In this document: piece by piece, positions 29,443 through 39,104 of the stretch
How the letters are laid out: each line of letters starts with the position of its first letter
How positions within the stretch are numbered: the stretch's first letter is position 1
NCBI GenBank assembly: GCA_965222075.1
Contig: OZ244937.1
Location: forward strand, 192,001-256,000
Source: Candidatus Latescibacterota bacterium
GTDB taxonomy: Bacteria > Latescibacterota > UBA2968 > GCA-2709665
Reading direction: 5' to 3'
Length of the DNA: 64,000 nucleotides
The notes under the pieces: model-generated
What the model saw: only the letters and a program-made list of their open reading frames with translations
What the model was told of the DNA's origin: nothing
Databases searched by the model: none
Made by a program: the position numbers and the translations under genes

Positions 29443-31518
29443 ATGAGTGCCGATACTTCAGGGGAAGCTGGACCCAGATTCGATCGATCCTTTCTGCCAG
29501 ACGCCACCTTTGAATTCGTCGTCATCGGTGACACCCACTATATGCTCGACCCGAAAGCCTTTGCGGCGGAATTTGATTCTGTCCGTCACTGGCCCAGGCG
29601 TGCCGAGTGGGCCCTCCGGCTGGCGGCCGCTCTAAAGGGCGCCTTTGTCGTCCACCTGGGCGATCTCGCGCAGGAGTACGTGGAGAAGGAGGGTTTTTCC
29701 GGAGCGAGGGAGAAGGCGCTGGACCAGATCAGGCGATGTGGCATGAAGCCCCACCACGTTGCGGGAAACCAGGATGTCGGAGACAAGCCCGATCCCACCA
29801 TGCCGGCGGAGTGGGTAACGTTCGACACGCTGGGTGAATATCACCGCGTGTTCGGTCGGTCCTGGTACAGCTTTGACAACAACGGGGTCCACGGCATCGT
29901 CCTCAATTCCCAGATCATGAACGGGCCTCTTCCTGAGGCGGAAGAGCAGAAGCAGTGGCTTGAATCAGACCTTTCCGAGCACGCGGGGCAGCGCATCTTC
30001 GTCTTTATCCACATGCCCCCTTTCTTTGTGGACGAGGATGAGCCGGGTCTCAGTTTTTACAACAGTATCGACGAGCCGGCGCGGGGATGGCTGCTGGGCC
30101 TGCTTCGCAAATACAGGGTCGAGCTCCTGTTTTCGGGCCATACCCATTTCGCAGCGTTTAACCGTGTGGACGAAACCCGCCTTTTTGTCGTTCCGTCCAC
30201 CACGACTTCTCGCGCAGGATTCTATGAGGCATTCTCCGTTTGTCCTCCCACCGAGCAGGGCAGAAACGACGTGGCAAAGATGGGTTTCTACCTCGTCCGC
30301 GTGCGAGAAGATGGAGCCAGGGTCCATTTCATACGGACAAACGGCGAAACCGGGCCGACACAGCCCGACAGGACGGGAAGTCGGCTTATCACCCGGATCT
30401 CACCAGACCTGCCGGAGTCCCCCGTGGGTCTCTTTCTCAGGCTGCCCCTCGCCCAGATCGCGCTTGGATCCGTTGCCTGGCCCGGGGCGATCCGCCAGCG
30501 GGTTCGGGATGACCATCCGTTCCGTGCGTGCCTTGAGCTCGGCGCCCGTCACGTGCGGATCCCAGCCCCCGACCTGGACGATCCACTGCAGAGCCGGCGC
30601 TTGAGCATGCTTAGAGACGAGGGAGTCTGCATCACAGCCTTCTGGATTCAGTCCGATCGATTGGGACTCTACGATACGGTGTCTAAGGTGGCAGACAGGA
30701 TCGATGCCGTCGAGGTGCAAATGCCGGGTACGCCCTTTCCCGACGAGGCCGTCCGAAGGGACCTCGAACGTCTTCAGGAGAGCGCGGCCCTGCCGGTTAC
30801 GCTCTCACCGCTCTTTCCCAAGGAGCGGATGCCCGGGAAGTTCCACCCAAGGATGCGGATCGGCTATCACCCGTCCGAGCTGCCGGAAGTGAACAAACAG
30901 CTGTCCCGGACGGACACACGGGTGGATCGGCTGCTCTGCCGGCTCGGACCGGAGCGGCGGCCGTGGGAGGCCATCCAGGAATTCATGTCACTCCTACCCC
31001 TGAGCCAGATCGAAGGCCTGGACTTCTTATTGGAACTCCCCGGCACGGATGAGGCCCCGCAGGTTATCCGCGCCACCGAGGGCCTCTTTGCCTCCTGCCT
31101 GCTCCCCGGCTGCCGTCTCTTTCTCGATCCGCTCGTGGACCTGGACCGGACCAATGACATCAACCACGGCCTTTTGGACCGCCTGTCCAACCCGAGGCCG
31201 GCGTTTCACGCCGTGCGATGTCTCAACACGATTCTATTCAGTCATCCAGAGTCGTTCCGTCTGTTTGGAGCAAAAGAGATGGATGGAGGAAGGGCGATCG
31301 GGATCAGTGGAAGCGGAAAATCTCTGTGGTTACTCCTTCCTGAAGGGAAACTTTCTGTCCGTTCACAGGAGCTCGAGGGCCTGGATCCGAGCAAAACGGA
31401 CGTACACGCCTTTCATCTCGTCCAAGGATTCAGCCGGCGACATCCCGCGGGCGACAGCGATCTCGCTCCATCGATCTCCGGCATCGTCGACCCCGTCCTC
31501 CTGATGTCCACAGCATGA
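29443..31518 (+). CDS. calcineurin-like metallophosphoesterase with large C-terminal domain
   Basis: GDTH, HLGD, GNQD, FIHMP and SGHTH motifs in the N-terminal half. Confidence 0.82.
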   Translation: MSADTSGEAGPRFDRSFLPDATFEFVVIGDTHYMLDPKAFAAEFDSVRHWPRRAEWALRLAAALKGAFVVHLGDLAQEYVEKEGFSGAREKALDQIRRCGMKPHHVAGNQDVGDKPDPTMPAEWVTFDTLGEYHRVFGRSWYSFDNNGVHGIVLNSQIMNGPLPEAEEQKQWLESDLSEHAGQRIFVFIHMPPFFVDEDEPGLSFYNSIDEPARGWLLGLLRKYRVELLFSGHTHFAAFNRVDETRLFVVPSTTTSRAGFYEAFSVCPPTEQGRNDVAKMGFYLVRVREDGARVHFIRTNGETGPTQPDRTGSRLITRISPDLPESPVGLFLRLPLAQIALGSVAWPGAIRQRVRDDHPFRACLELGARHVRIPAPDLDDPLQSRRLSMLRDEGVCITAFWIQSDRLGLYDTVSKVADRIDAVEVQMPGTPFPDEAVRRDLERLQESAALPVTLSPLFPKERMPGKFHPRMRIGYHPSELPEVNKQLSRTDTRVDRLLCRLGPERRPWEAIQEFMSLLPLSQIEGLDFLLELPGTDEAPQVIRATEGLFASCLLPGCRLFLDPLVDLDRTNDINHGLLDRLSNPRPAFHAVRCLNTILFSHPESFRLFGAKEMDGGRAIGISGSGKSLWLLLPEGKLSVRSQELEGLDPSKTDVHAFHLVQGFSRRHPAGDSDLAPSISGIVDPVLLMSTA

Positions 31519-31596
31519 TGTCGGAAAGAAGAAATAAGCGGACTATGCGCGAACTCAGAAAGGTTGAACCGCTTCAATTTCCCAAGGGGGTCATTC

Positions 31597-33099
31597 ATGA
31601 ACGTTGTCCTGATCGTCGGTGACAGACACAACCCGGAGTTTACCGGGTGTTACGGCAACCCCATCACCCGGACGCCCCAGATCGACAGCATCGCCGAGCG
31701 TGGCACGCGCTTTGAGAACGCCTATTGTCACAGCCCCTTGTGCGTGCCGGCCCGGGCAGCGATGATGAGCGGACGCTACGTGCACGAAACAGGGACATGG
31801 GACAATGCCTTCCCCTACACCGGCGTTCCTCGGGGATGGGGTCACTACTTTGCCGAGCAGGGGGTGCACCTGACCACGACCGGGAAGGTGGATTACGCGC
31901 CGGGGGGGGACCACGGCATCGCGGAGGAGCGTCTGGCCGTACACCGGGAGAAGTCGGATATCCACTCCCTTTTCCGGGAGCAGGAGATTCCCCGGCGATA
32001 CCATCATCTCTACCGGTTGCGGGCCGCGGGTCCCGCCGAGATGACCAAGGAGAGGTCTCTCGACGTCAGGGTGGCGGAGGATGCGGCTACGTGGATTGCT
32101 GAAAAGCGGCCCTCCGATCGTCCCTGGATTCTGATCGCCAATTTCAACGATATCCACTCACGGGACCCGTCGCAGGAGCTATGGGACCACTACGATCCTC
32201 TGGTTCAGGTAGAAGACCTGGACAAACGTTACTTTGAAGATCTGTCGCGTCTCCATCCCCATCACCAGATCTGGAGCCGCCGCACCTGCGCCGACCTGAT
32301 CCAGCCTGAGGAGCTGCGACGTGGGTTGGTCGGTTATCACGGCGTGTGTGAGGCGATGGATCAGAAGGTGGGCCGCGTGCTGCAGGCGCTTGAGCGGGCG
32401 CGCCTCTTGGAGAAGACCCTCGTGATCTATGCCTCCGACCACGGCGGGAGCTGCGGGGAGCACCGCACCCTGGACCACGGGCACGTCTACGAAGAGGCGA
32501 TCCGGGTCGTCTTCGTCGCGTCCGGCCCTGGCCTCCGTTCCGGGGCGGTGGTATCCACGCCGGTCTCGCACGTCGATATGTATGCTACGATCTGCCAGGC
32601 CCTCGGACTGGATCTGCCCGAACAGATGCGGGGTGTCTCGTTGATGGGTCTGCTTCGTGGAGAGCAGGATGCACCCAGGCCCACCTTCACACTCACCGAG
32701 TACCACGGGGGCGGCATGCCCGGGGGTTTGTTCGCGATCCGGTCGGGACCCTACAAATTCGTGGAGTGCGTGGGAGAGCGCTCCATCCTCTTCAACCTGC
32801 AGGAGGATCCTCTCGAGATGCACGACCTGGTGGCGGAGCGTCCGGGGGACCCCGAAGTAGAGGCCAACGTGCGGCGACTGCGCCGGATGCTCTGTGAGGT
32901 CTGTTCCCCTGAGGCGGTGGACGCACGGGCCAAGGCAGACCAAAGGGCGCTTCGTCGCAGACTCACCGAGAGCGGCCAGATTCTCGACGACCTGTATCGT
33001 TTCGGATACGAGAGAAATCCGGAGCGTCTCATCGACCGGCCGGAATGTCTGGAACGTCAGGAGTTTCAACTCCCCGGGGGCCAGACCCCAACCTGCTGA
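31597..33099 (+). CDS. sulfatase (subfamily C, choline-sulfatase-like)
   Basis: SPLCVPARAAMMSGRY, WDNA, YASDHG. ATG 31597 behind AAGGGGG. Confidence 0.92.
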   Translation: MNVVLIVGDRHNPEFTGCYGNPITRTPQIDSIAERGTRFENAYCHSPLCVPARAAMMSGRYVHETGTWDNAFPYTGVPRGWGHYFAEQGVHLTTTGKVDYAPGGDHGIAEERLAVHREKSDIHSLFREQEIPRRYHHLYRLRAAGPAEMTKERSLDVRVAEDAATWIAEKRPSDRPWILIANFNDIHSRDPSQELWDHYDPLVQVEDLDKRYFEDLSRLHPHHQIWSRRTCADLIQPEELRRGLVGYHGVCEAMDQKVGRVLQALERARLLEKTLVIYASDHGGSCGEHRTLDHGHVYEEAIRVVFVASGPGLRSGAVVSTPVSHVDMYATICQALGLDLPEQMRGVSLMGLLRGEQDAPRPTFTLTEYHGGGMPGGLFAIRSGPYKFVECVGERSILFNLQEDPLEMHDLVAERPGDPEVEANVRRLRRMLCEVCSPEAVDARAKADQRALRRRLTESGQILDDLYRFGYERNPERLIDRPECLERQEFQLPGGQTPTC

Positions 33100-33224
33100 T
33101 GACCCGGCCGCAGGCCGCGTGGAGCTGGGACGGGAGGTACGCCATATTCAACGGTGACGCCACGGGGGGGGCGCAGATCTATCTGATCGATGTGGCGTCC
33201 TTCCTTCAGGCCGGAAACCTTTGA
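33099..33224 (+). pseudogene. 3' remnant of a TolB/PD40-like beta-propeller gene
   Basis: Manual translation MTRPQAAWSWDGRYAIFNGDATGGAQIYLIDV...*, resembling a terminal PD40-type blade (WSxDGR...F...G..QIY). Confidence 0.55.
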
Positions 33225-33265
33225 CCGGCCGCACCCCTTGCAGGGGGCCAGGGGAGTCCAAAACC

Positions 33266-34240
33266 ATGCCCAACATTATCCAGGAGGCCATCAAAGGGGA
33301 TGCCTTTCTCGCGAGAGACTACGTCGATGAGCTCATCGATGAACCGCAGATCTACCCGCCGTCGGAAACGATTGAGGAAATCCACGACAGAATAGAAGAG
33401 GTGTTTCTGGAGGCCTCGCTGTTCAAAAACGCCTACGCCGACCTGGACATATTGGATGGATCGCTGGAAGGGCATATCTTCAAGCTAGATTACCGGCTCA
33501 AACGGGACTACAGGGCACACGCATACTTCAAAAGGCGAGAAGATCGGTCTTCCAGTTCCAAGTGTGTCTCACTGATCATCCCCGGCAGCAGAAACAACTC
33601 ATCCTCCTCGACCTTTCGAAAGGATCCAAACAGCAACCACGGAAACATTCTTGCGGTTACGGAGAAGTACGGCGACACGTTCATCTACATCAAACCGAAT
33701 CAGGACATCCTGGCCATACACAACGGCAGAAACAAACTGGACGTGCGTTCTCTCATCGCCTATCTCCTCAACCGGGGCGGGTCCTACGCAGCTCACTACA
33801 TCACCAGCTGTATGGCTATCACCAGGTATCTGCAAAGCCGCTACGACAAGGTCTTTGTCATCGGACTCTCCCAGGGGGGGGCCGCTACACTTTACAGTTC
33901 CTTGCAGTCCAAGCCCACGGCCGCGGTTGTCGCGTCCGGGTTCTCGGTAATCAACCAGACCTACTACAGGTGGTCGATCAACCAGATCATCATCCCCGGC
34001 CTGGATGTCGATTTCGGCCTGGAAGAGATCCGCACCATCATCAAAGAATCGCCAACCCGGTACCTGTTCGTCTGGGGGAAGCAGGAACAGGGAGCCTACA
34101 GAATCGAATCCGAAGAGGGCTACACCGGTCACTTTTTTCAGGGACTGGATAACGTGGCATGCATCGCCCACGAAGGGGGTCACATCTACCCTCAGGATGT
34201 GGTGGATCGTTTCTTGCACCAGCAATTGCGCCGGGATTGA
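33266..34240 (+). CDS. alpha/beta hydrolase
   Basis: LIIPGS, GLSQGG elbow, C-terminal HEGGH. ATG 33266 behind GGGGAG. Confidence 0.75.
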   Translation: MPNIIQEAIKGDAFLARDYVDELIDEPQIYPPSETIEEIHDRIEEVFLEASLFKNAYADLDILDGSLEGHIFKLDYRLKRDYRAHAYFKRREDRSSSSKCVSLIIPGSRNNSSSSTFRKDPNSNHGNILAVTEKYGDTFIYIKPNQDILAIHNGRNKLDVRSLIAYLLNRGGSYAAHYITSCMAITRYLQSRYDKVFVIGLSQGGAATLYSSLQSKPTAAVVASGFSVINQTYYRWSINQIIIPGLDVDFGLEEIRTIIKESPTRYLFVWGKQEQGAYRIESEEGYTGHFFQGLDNVACIAHEGGHIYPQDVVDRFLHQQLRRD

Positions 34241-34301
34241 AATGCGGGGTGGACTCACCAAAATCATCATCTGTTTGAACCACTGACAGAGGGAGTGACT
34301 G

Positions 34302-34685
34302 ATGGGCAAACACGAAATAAAGCATCCGGACAAGCGTGTCGAGACCGGGGCCTACTCGGCGGCCGTAGAGATAGATGGATGGGTCTACGTGAGCGGGCAT
34401 GGCGCGGTCGACATGGCAACCGGCGAGGTCGTAGAGGGAGACATCGAGCTCCATACGCGCATGACCCTGGAGCACATCCGGACGGTGTTGGCCGAGGCAG
34501 GCTGCTCGATGGACGATGTGGTGAAATGCACCATTCACCTCTCGAATATGGACGATTTTGAAACGTACAACCGGGTCTACGCCGAATTCTTCACGGGCGT
34601 TCGCCCGGCAAGGACGACGGTGCAGTCGACGCTTGGAAAGGGACTGCTCGTAGAGATCGATGTGGTCGCCCGAAAGCCGGGGTGA
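34302..34685 (+). CDS. RidA/YjgF family protein
   Basis: GAYSAAV, VYVSG, DVVKCTIHL, PARTTV, LVEID. Confidence 0.92.
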   Translation: MGKHEIKHPDKRVETGAYSAAVEIDGWVYVSGHGAVDMATGEVVEGDIELHTRMTLEHIRTVLAEAGCSMDDVVKCTIHLSNMDDFETYNRVYAEFFTGVRPARTTVQSTLGKGLLVEIDVVARKPG

Positions 34686-34863
34686 CCGGACTTCCTGTTC
34701 AAAAGTAGGGTCGAAAGCGGTGATTTCGAACCTTCGGATGAAAGCCTGCGGACCTTCGCTTTCCGCCACGCCCGGGATGTGGCCGGGGATGAGAAGCGGC
34801 TTGAACGCTGACGCGCACAATAGGACTTGAGGGTTACTTGTTCCATAAGGAGGAAATTCTGCC

Positions 34864-36507
34864 GTGTCATCACTACTTTCGACGTTGGCTTCTACCTCTG
34901 GAAATATGGGCAACCATAAACAGGTCGAGTTGCGACAGATTGCAGGTTTGAGCGGGATCGTACCGGCGTGGTGGATATCGACTGCTGGCAGTGAGGTGAG
35001 CGGCGCAGACGCGTGGACCTGCCTGAAAAATGAGATAGAGGCACCCGGCAAGCGGACCGGGGACCTGAGGTGGTTTCCGTTCGCGAACGGCGAACTCTAC
35101 GGGATTCAGCCCCAGAAGGTGTGGGAGGAGATGGGACGTCCCGATCACCCTACGGCTTTTGTAGCTGCCTGTATCTTCTCCCCCGGTCCCGCCGAAGCCT
35201 CGTATCGCTTTGATACATTGTCCAATTACCGCCTCTGGGTAAACGGCAAGAAGGCAGCAGATCGATGGGAGGACGATCTACCCACGCTGGACAAGGGGGA
35301 GATATCCGTGAGATTGGTCGAGGGGCTCAACGGGGTCATCCTGGAAATGCCGTCGCTGATTTTCAAGGACAAGCTCGTCCTTTGCGGCAGGATCAGCACG
35401 CCCGAAGACGGTGAGATGGATGGGATAAAGTCCCTTGCGCCTGTCGGAGAAAGCGACGCGACAGGCGACGGGGGGGATCCCGCTTTCAACTTCTCCCCAT
35501 TTGAGACCTTCAACCGGCTCGCCGCCAAAGAGCCCCTGATGCGCTTTAAGGGGGATGGGCCGGAAGATTTCGAGGCCTGGAAGGCGCAATTTAAGGCGAA
35601 GGTCCTGGAGCTTGTGGGGGACTTTCCAGAGCCTGTGCCGCTGGACCCTCAGGTCGTCGAAAGGACCTCATCGGATGGGATCACCCGTGAAAAGGTCGTG
35701 ATCCAGACGCACGAGGGGGTCCACCTCCCTCTCTACCTCCTCGTCCCCGAGGAGAACCGGGACGGGCAGGCCATCGTGGCCCTTCACGGCCACGGAGGTC
35801 GCGGGGGATACGGCAAGGAACAGGTCGCGGGGGTGATAGGAGATGACAGCGTGCTTCAAAGGCAGATCAGGCGGTTGGACTACAATTATGGACTCCGTTT
35901 TGCACAGGAGGGATACATCACGATCACGCCCGACTTCCGGTCGTTTGGAGAACGGACCGAGGCCCTTCCACGGTCGAATTACGATCCCTGCGACGTCAAC
36001 TTCTTCCGATATGCCTGCTACGATAGGGAGAACTTTATAAGGTACCAGATCTGGGATGGGATGCGTGCGATCGACTACCTGATGAGTCGAGAGGAGGTGA
36101 ATCCCGACCGGGTCGGGCTTACCGGGCTCTCATACGGGGGACGGATGACGATGTACATAGGGGCTCTGGATAAAAGGATGAAAGTCTGTGTGGCCAGTGG
36201 CGCGATGAATTTCCTCAAGGAGAGGAAAACGATAGGAATAATCTGTGGCTCTCAGACCCTGCCCGGACTTTTGACCTACGGCGATACGAGAGAGATCTTT
36301 GGGCTGATCGCCCCTCGCCCGCTCCTGATGCAGTTGGGCACGAACGATGCGACCTCTCCGGTACTCTATGCGCCGGAGATCGACGGAGATTTGGGAAGGA
36401 TCTATCGGAGTGCAGGTGATGAATCCAGGTACGATCTGGATGTCTTCCATTCTAAACATCGGTATAACTTCGAAACAGCTCTCAGATGGTTCAGGAGATG
36501 GCTTTAG
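34864..36507 (+). CDS. alpha/beta hydrolase with N-terminal beta-sandwich-like domain
   Basis: RLWVNGK...LVEGLN in the N-domain; ALHGHG, GLSYGG, LIAPRP. GTG start behind AAGGAGG (ATG 34906 is the alternative). Confidence 0.82.
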   Translation: MSSLLSTLASTSGNMGNHKQVELRQIAGLSGIVPAWWISTAGSEVSGADAWTCLKNEIEAPGKRTGDLRWFPFANGELYGIQPQKVWEEMGRPDHPTAFVAACIFSPGPAEASYRFDTLSNYRLWVNGKKAADRWEDDLPTLDKGEISVRLVEGLNGVILEMPSLIFKDKLVLCGRISTPEDGEMDGIKSLAPVGESDATGDGGDPAFNFSPFETFNRLAAKEPLMRFKGDGPEDFEAWKAQFKAKVLELVGDFPEPVPLDPQVVERTSSDGITREKVVIQTHEGVHLPLYLLVPEENRDGQAIVALHGHGGRGGYGKEQVAGVIGDDSVLQRQIRRLDYNYGLRFAQEGYITITPDFRSFGERTEALPRSNYDPCDVNFFRYACYDRENFIRYQIWDGMRAIDYLMSREEVNPDRVGLTGLSYGGRMTMYIGALDKRMKVCVASGAMNFLKERKTIGIICGSQTLPGLLTYGDTREIFGLIAPRPLLMQLGTNDATSPVLYAPEIDGDLGRIYRSAGDESRYDLDVFHSKHRYNFETALRWFRRWL

Positions 36508-36528
36508 CACCCCCGGAACTGGGATAGA

Positions 36529-37443
36529 ATGATGATGGCGAAAAAGAGAAACATCCTGGAATTGCTAAAGGAGAACTTTGTCTTGGGCGACGGCGGCTAC
36601 CTTGAGGAGGCGAAATTTCGAGGATATAGTACGCCCCGGGTGATCGTGGAGTTTCCGGAAGTTCTGCGCCAGATCCACGTGGACTTTTTTCGTGCGGGGG
36701 CGCAGGTGCTGCAGGCGTTGACCTGGTGGACCACGCGCAGCCATCTGGAGAAACGCAAACAGCAGGACTGGGGCGACCGGGTGGAGGAGATCAACCGGAC
36801 GGCGGTCCAGTTGGCGAAGGAGGCGGCTGGAGACGAGGCGCTGGTGGCCGGCTGCGTGGCCCGGACGGGGTTATTCGATCCGGAGGACCGGTCGTCGCAC
36901 GATGCGGTCCGTGCAGAGTGGAACGAGCAGGCCGGTGTGATGGTGGATGAGGGCGTGGACATGCTCATCTGCGAGGCATTTCTTTCACTCGAGGAGGCCC
37001 GGATCGCTCTGGCCTGTTGTAAAAAAATCGGGGTTCCGACGATGGTGTGGATGAGCGGTACCATCTGGCTGCAGAATACGTCAAAAGCCCCGACGACAGA
37101 AACGGCATCTCCGAAAGAATGCGCACGCGTCCTGGTGGAAGAAGGAGCGGACGTCGTCGGGATGAACTGCGGGATGGAGCCGCACGCCATGTGGCCGCTG
37201 GTGCTGGAGATGCGGGAGGCGGTGGATGTCCCCATCGCGTTCCATCCGAGCGGATACAGGAGGAGTGCCCCCGGATGGCGGCCCATCCGGGAATCTATGG
37301 TTGTTCCGGGCATCGAAATGGCCGACTATGCCCTTCGGGCAAAGAAGCACGGGATCAACTTTGTTGGGGGTTGCTGCGCCGCCGGTCCCGAGGTCATCCG
37401 GGTGATGGCGCAGGCGCTGGGATGTGAGCGGTATCCGATCTGA
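36529..37443 (+). CDS. homocysteine S-methyltransferase family protein
   Basis: LGDGG, HVDFFRAGA, and Zn ligands in GMNC and GGCC. Confidence 0.9.
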   Translation: MMMAKKRNILELLKENFVLGDGGYLEEAKFRGYSTPRVIVEFPEVLRQIHVDFFRAGAQVLQALTWWTTRSHLEKRKQQDWGDRVEEINRTAVQLAKEAAGDEALVAGCVARTGLFDPEDRSSHDAVRAEWNEQAGVMVDEGVDMLICEAFLSLEEARIALACCKKIGVPTMVWMSGTIWLQNTSKAPTTETASPKECARVLVEEGADVVGMNCGMEPHAMWPLVLEMREAVDVPIAFHPSGYRRSAPGWRPIRESMVVPGIEMADYALRAKKHGINFVGGCCAAGPEVIRVMAQALGCERYPI

Positions 37444-37565
37444 ATCGGCGGGCAGGTCCGTCGGTGCGGCACCTGCGCCCGTCGCTTTACCCCTGCCCGC
37501 TTGAGAACCCAAAGGACCTGCGTGTCGACAGGATGTTGAGATTTTCGGACAAAGGAGCCAGGCCG

Positions 37566-39029
37566 ATGGCGAGAAGTCCCAACCTGGTGTTTATCTTTCC
37601 TGACCAGCAGCGGGTGGATATGATGTCGTGTTACGGCAACGACCGCATCCGCACACCGAATCTCAACGCACTGGCCGGAGAGAGTTTCGTATTCAGACAT
37701 GCCTATGCGAGCCAGCCGATCTGTGGACCTGCGCGTTCGACGATTTTGACGGGGCTGTATCCGCATACCAATGGCTGTATTACAAATATCGTCCCCCTCC
37801 GTCCGGAAACGCAAACCATTGCCGAGATGGTCTCTGAGGACTATATCTGCGGGTACTTCGGCAAGTGGGACCTCGGCGACGATACGGTTCCCCAACACGG
37901 GTTTGAGAAGCGGGTGAGTATGGAAGACGGAAGGGGTTATCGTTCCAGCTATTCGAAGAAAGAATATCTCTCCCGCCTCAGCGACTACCATTATTTCCTG
38001 ATTGAAAACGGGTTCGTGCCGGACATTGAGGTGGTGGGGGCTAAGGTCTTCAGCCGTCGGCTGGCGGCGAGGCTGCCGGAGCGGTTTACGAAGGCGGCCT
38101 TCCTCGGGCGCGAGGCTGCGCGTTTTATCCGGGAGAACCGCGAGCGGCCCTTTATGCTCTACGTGAGTTTCCTCGAGCCGCACATGCCCTATACCGGTCC
38201 TTTCGACGATCTCTATTCCCCCGAGGAGATTCCCACAGGTCCCCACTTTCTGCAAAGACCCCCGCAGAATGCCTCCGCCGCTCACCGGCTGCTGGCGGAC
38301 CGTTTCTTGCAGTTTGAGTATGAGGGGCACGATCTGAGGACAGAGGTGGGCTGGCGGAAGCTGCGGGCGCAATACTGGGGTCTCGTGGTGCTCATGGACC
38401 GTGCGGTTGGGGAAATCCTCCGAGCGCTGGACGAGACGGGGGTGAGCGAGGACACGATTGCCGTGTTTACGAGCGACCATGGAGATTTGTTGGGCGACCA
38501 TTGCATCCTCGACAAATGCGTGCTGTATGAGGAGGCGGTCAGCGTTCCGCTGGTTGTGCGGGTGCCCTGGCTGGGGCGCCAGCAGCGGCTGTTGGAGGGA
38601 CGGATCAGCCAGGTCGATCTGGTACCGACGTTGCTCGATCTGATGGCTCAGCCGGTTCCCGGTGACTTGCAAGGGGAGAGCCGTGCGGGGGTGATTCGTG
38701 GGGAGACAACCCTGGAAGGGAACGACGTTTTTATCGAGTGGAATAGCCGCAGAGGCCGGTGGCTTCCCAGCATCGCCGCGGACAAAGAGGCCATACGTAT
38801 CCTGGAGCTGCCGTGGCGGACGGTGGTGTCGGCTGAGGGATGGAAGCTGAATCTGAGCCTGGAGGACCAGTGCGAGTTCTATGATTTGAACGCCGATCCG
38901 TACGAACAGATGAATCTGTTTGACCAACCGGCGCAGAGAGGTCGGATTCGGGAACTGACCGAACGGATCAGGCGCTGGCAGAGGGATACAGAAGACAGCG
39001 CGCCGCTTCCAGAGGGATGGGGACCCTGA
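37566..39029 (+). CDS. sulfatase (subfamily A, copy 3)
   Basis: PNLVFIFPDQQR, CGPAR, GKWDLG, EPHMP, FTSDHG. ATG 37566 behind AAGGAG. Confidence 0.93.
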   Translation: MARSPNLVFIFPDQQRVDMMSCYGNDRIRTPNLNALAGESFVFRHAYASQPICGPARSTILTGLYPHTNGCITNIVPLRPETQTIAEMVSEDYICGYFGKWDLGDDTVPQHGFEKRVSMEDGRGYRSSYSKKEYLSRLSDYHYFLIENGFVPDIEVVGAKVFSRRLAARLPERFTKAAFLGREAARFIRENRERPFMLYVSFLEPHMPYTGPFDDLYSPEEIPTGPHFLQRPPQNASAAHRLLADRFLQFEYEGHDLRTEVGWRKLRAQYWGLVVLMDRAVGEILRALDETGVSEDTIAVFTSDHGDLLGDHCILDKCVLYEEAVSVPLVVRVPWLGRQQRLLEGRISQVDLVPTLLDLMAQPVPGDLQGESRAGVIRGETTLEGNDVFIEWNSRRGRWLPSIAADKEAIRILELPWRTVVSAEGWKLNLSLEDQCEFYDLNADPYEQMNLFDQPAQRGRIRELTERIRRWQRDTEDSAPLPEGWGP

Positions 39030-39104
39030 GCGCCCGTGACTGCGTGAGGATGGACCTCTGCATCAAACATGGGCCATTTCTTGTCAATCTGGCATAAAGG
39101 AGGG

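Noticed and set aside
34686-34811. Possible further gene tail (DFLFKSRVESGDFEPSDESLRTFAFRHARDV...*)
   Set aside because: Protein-like but matches no family I can name, so it is too weak to call.
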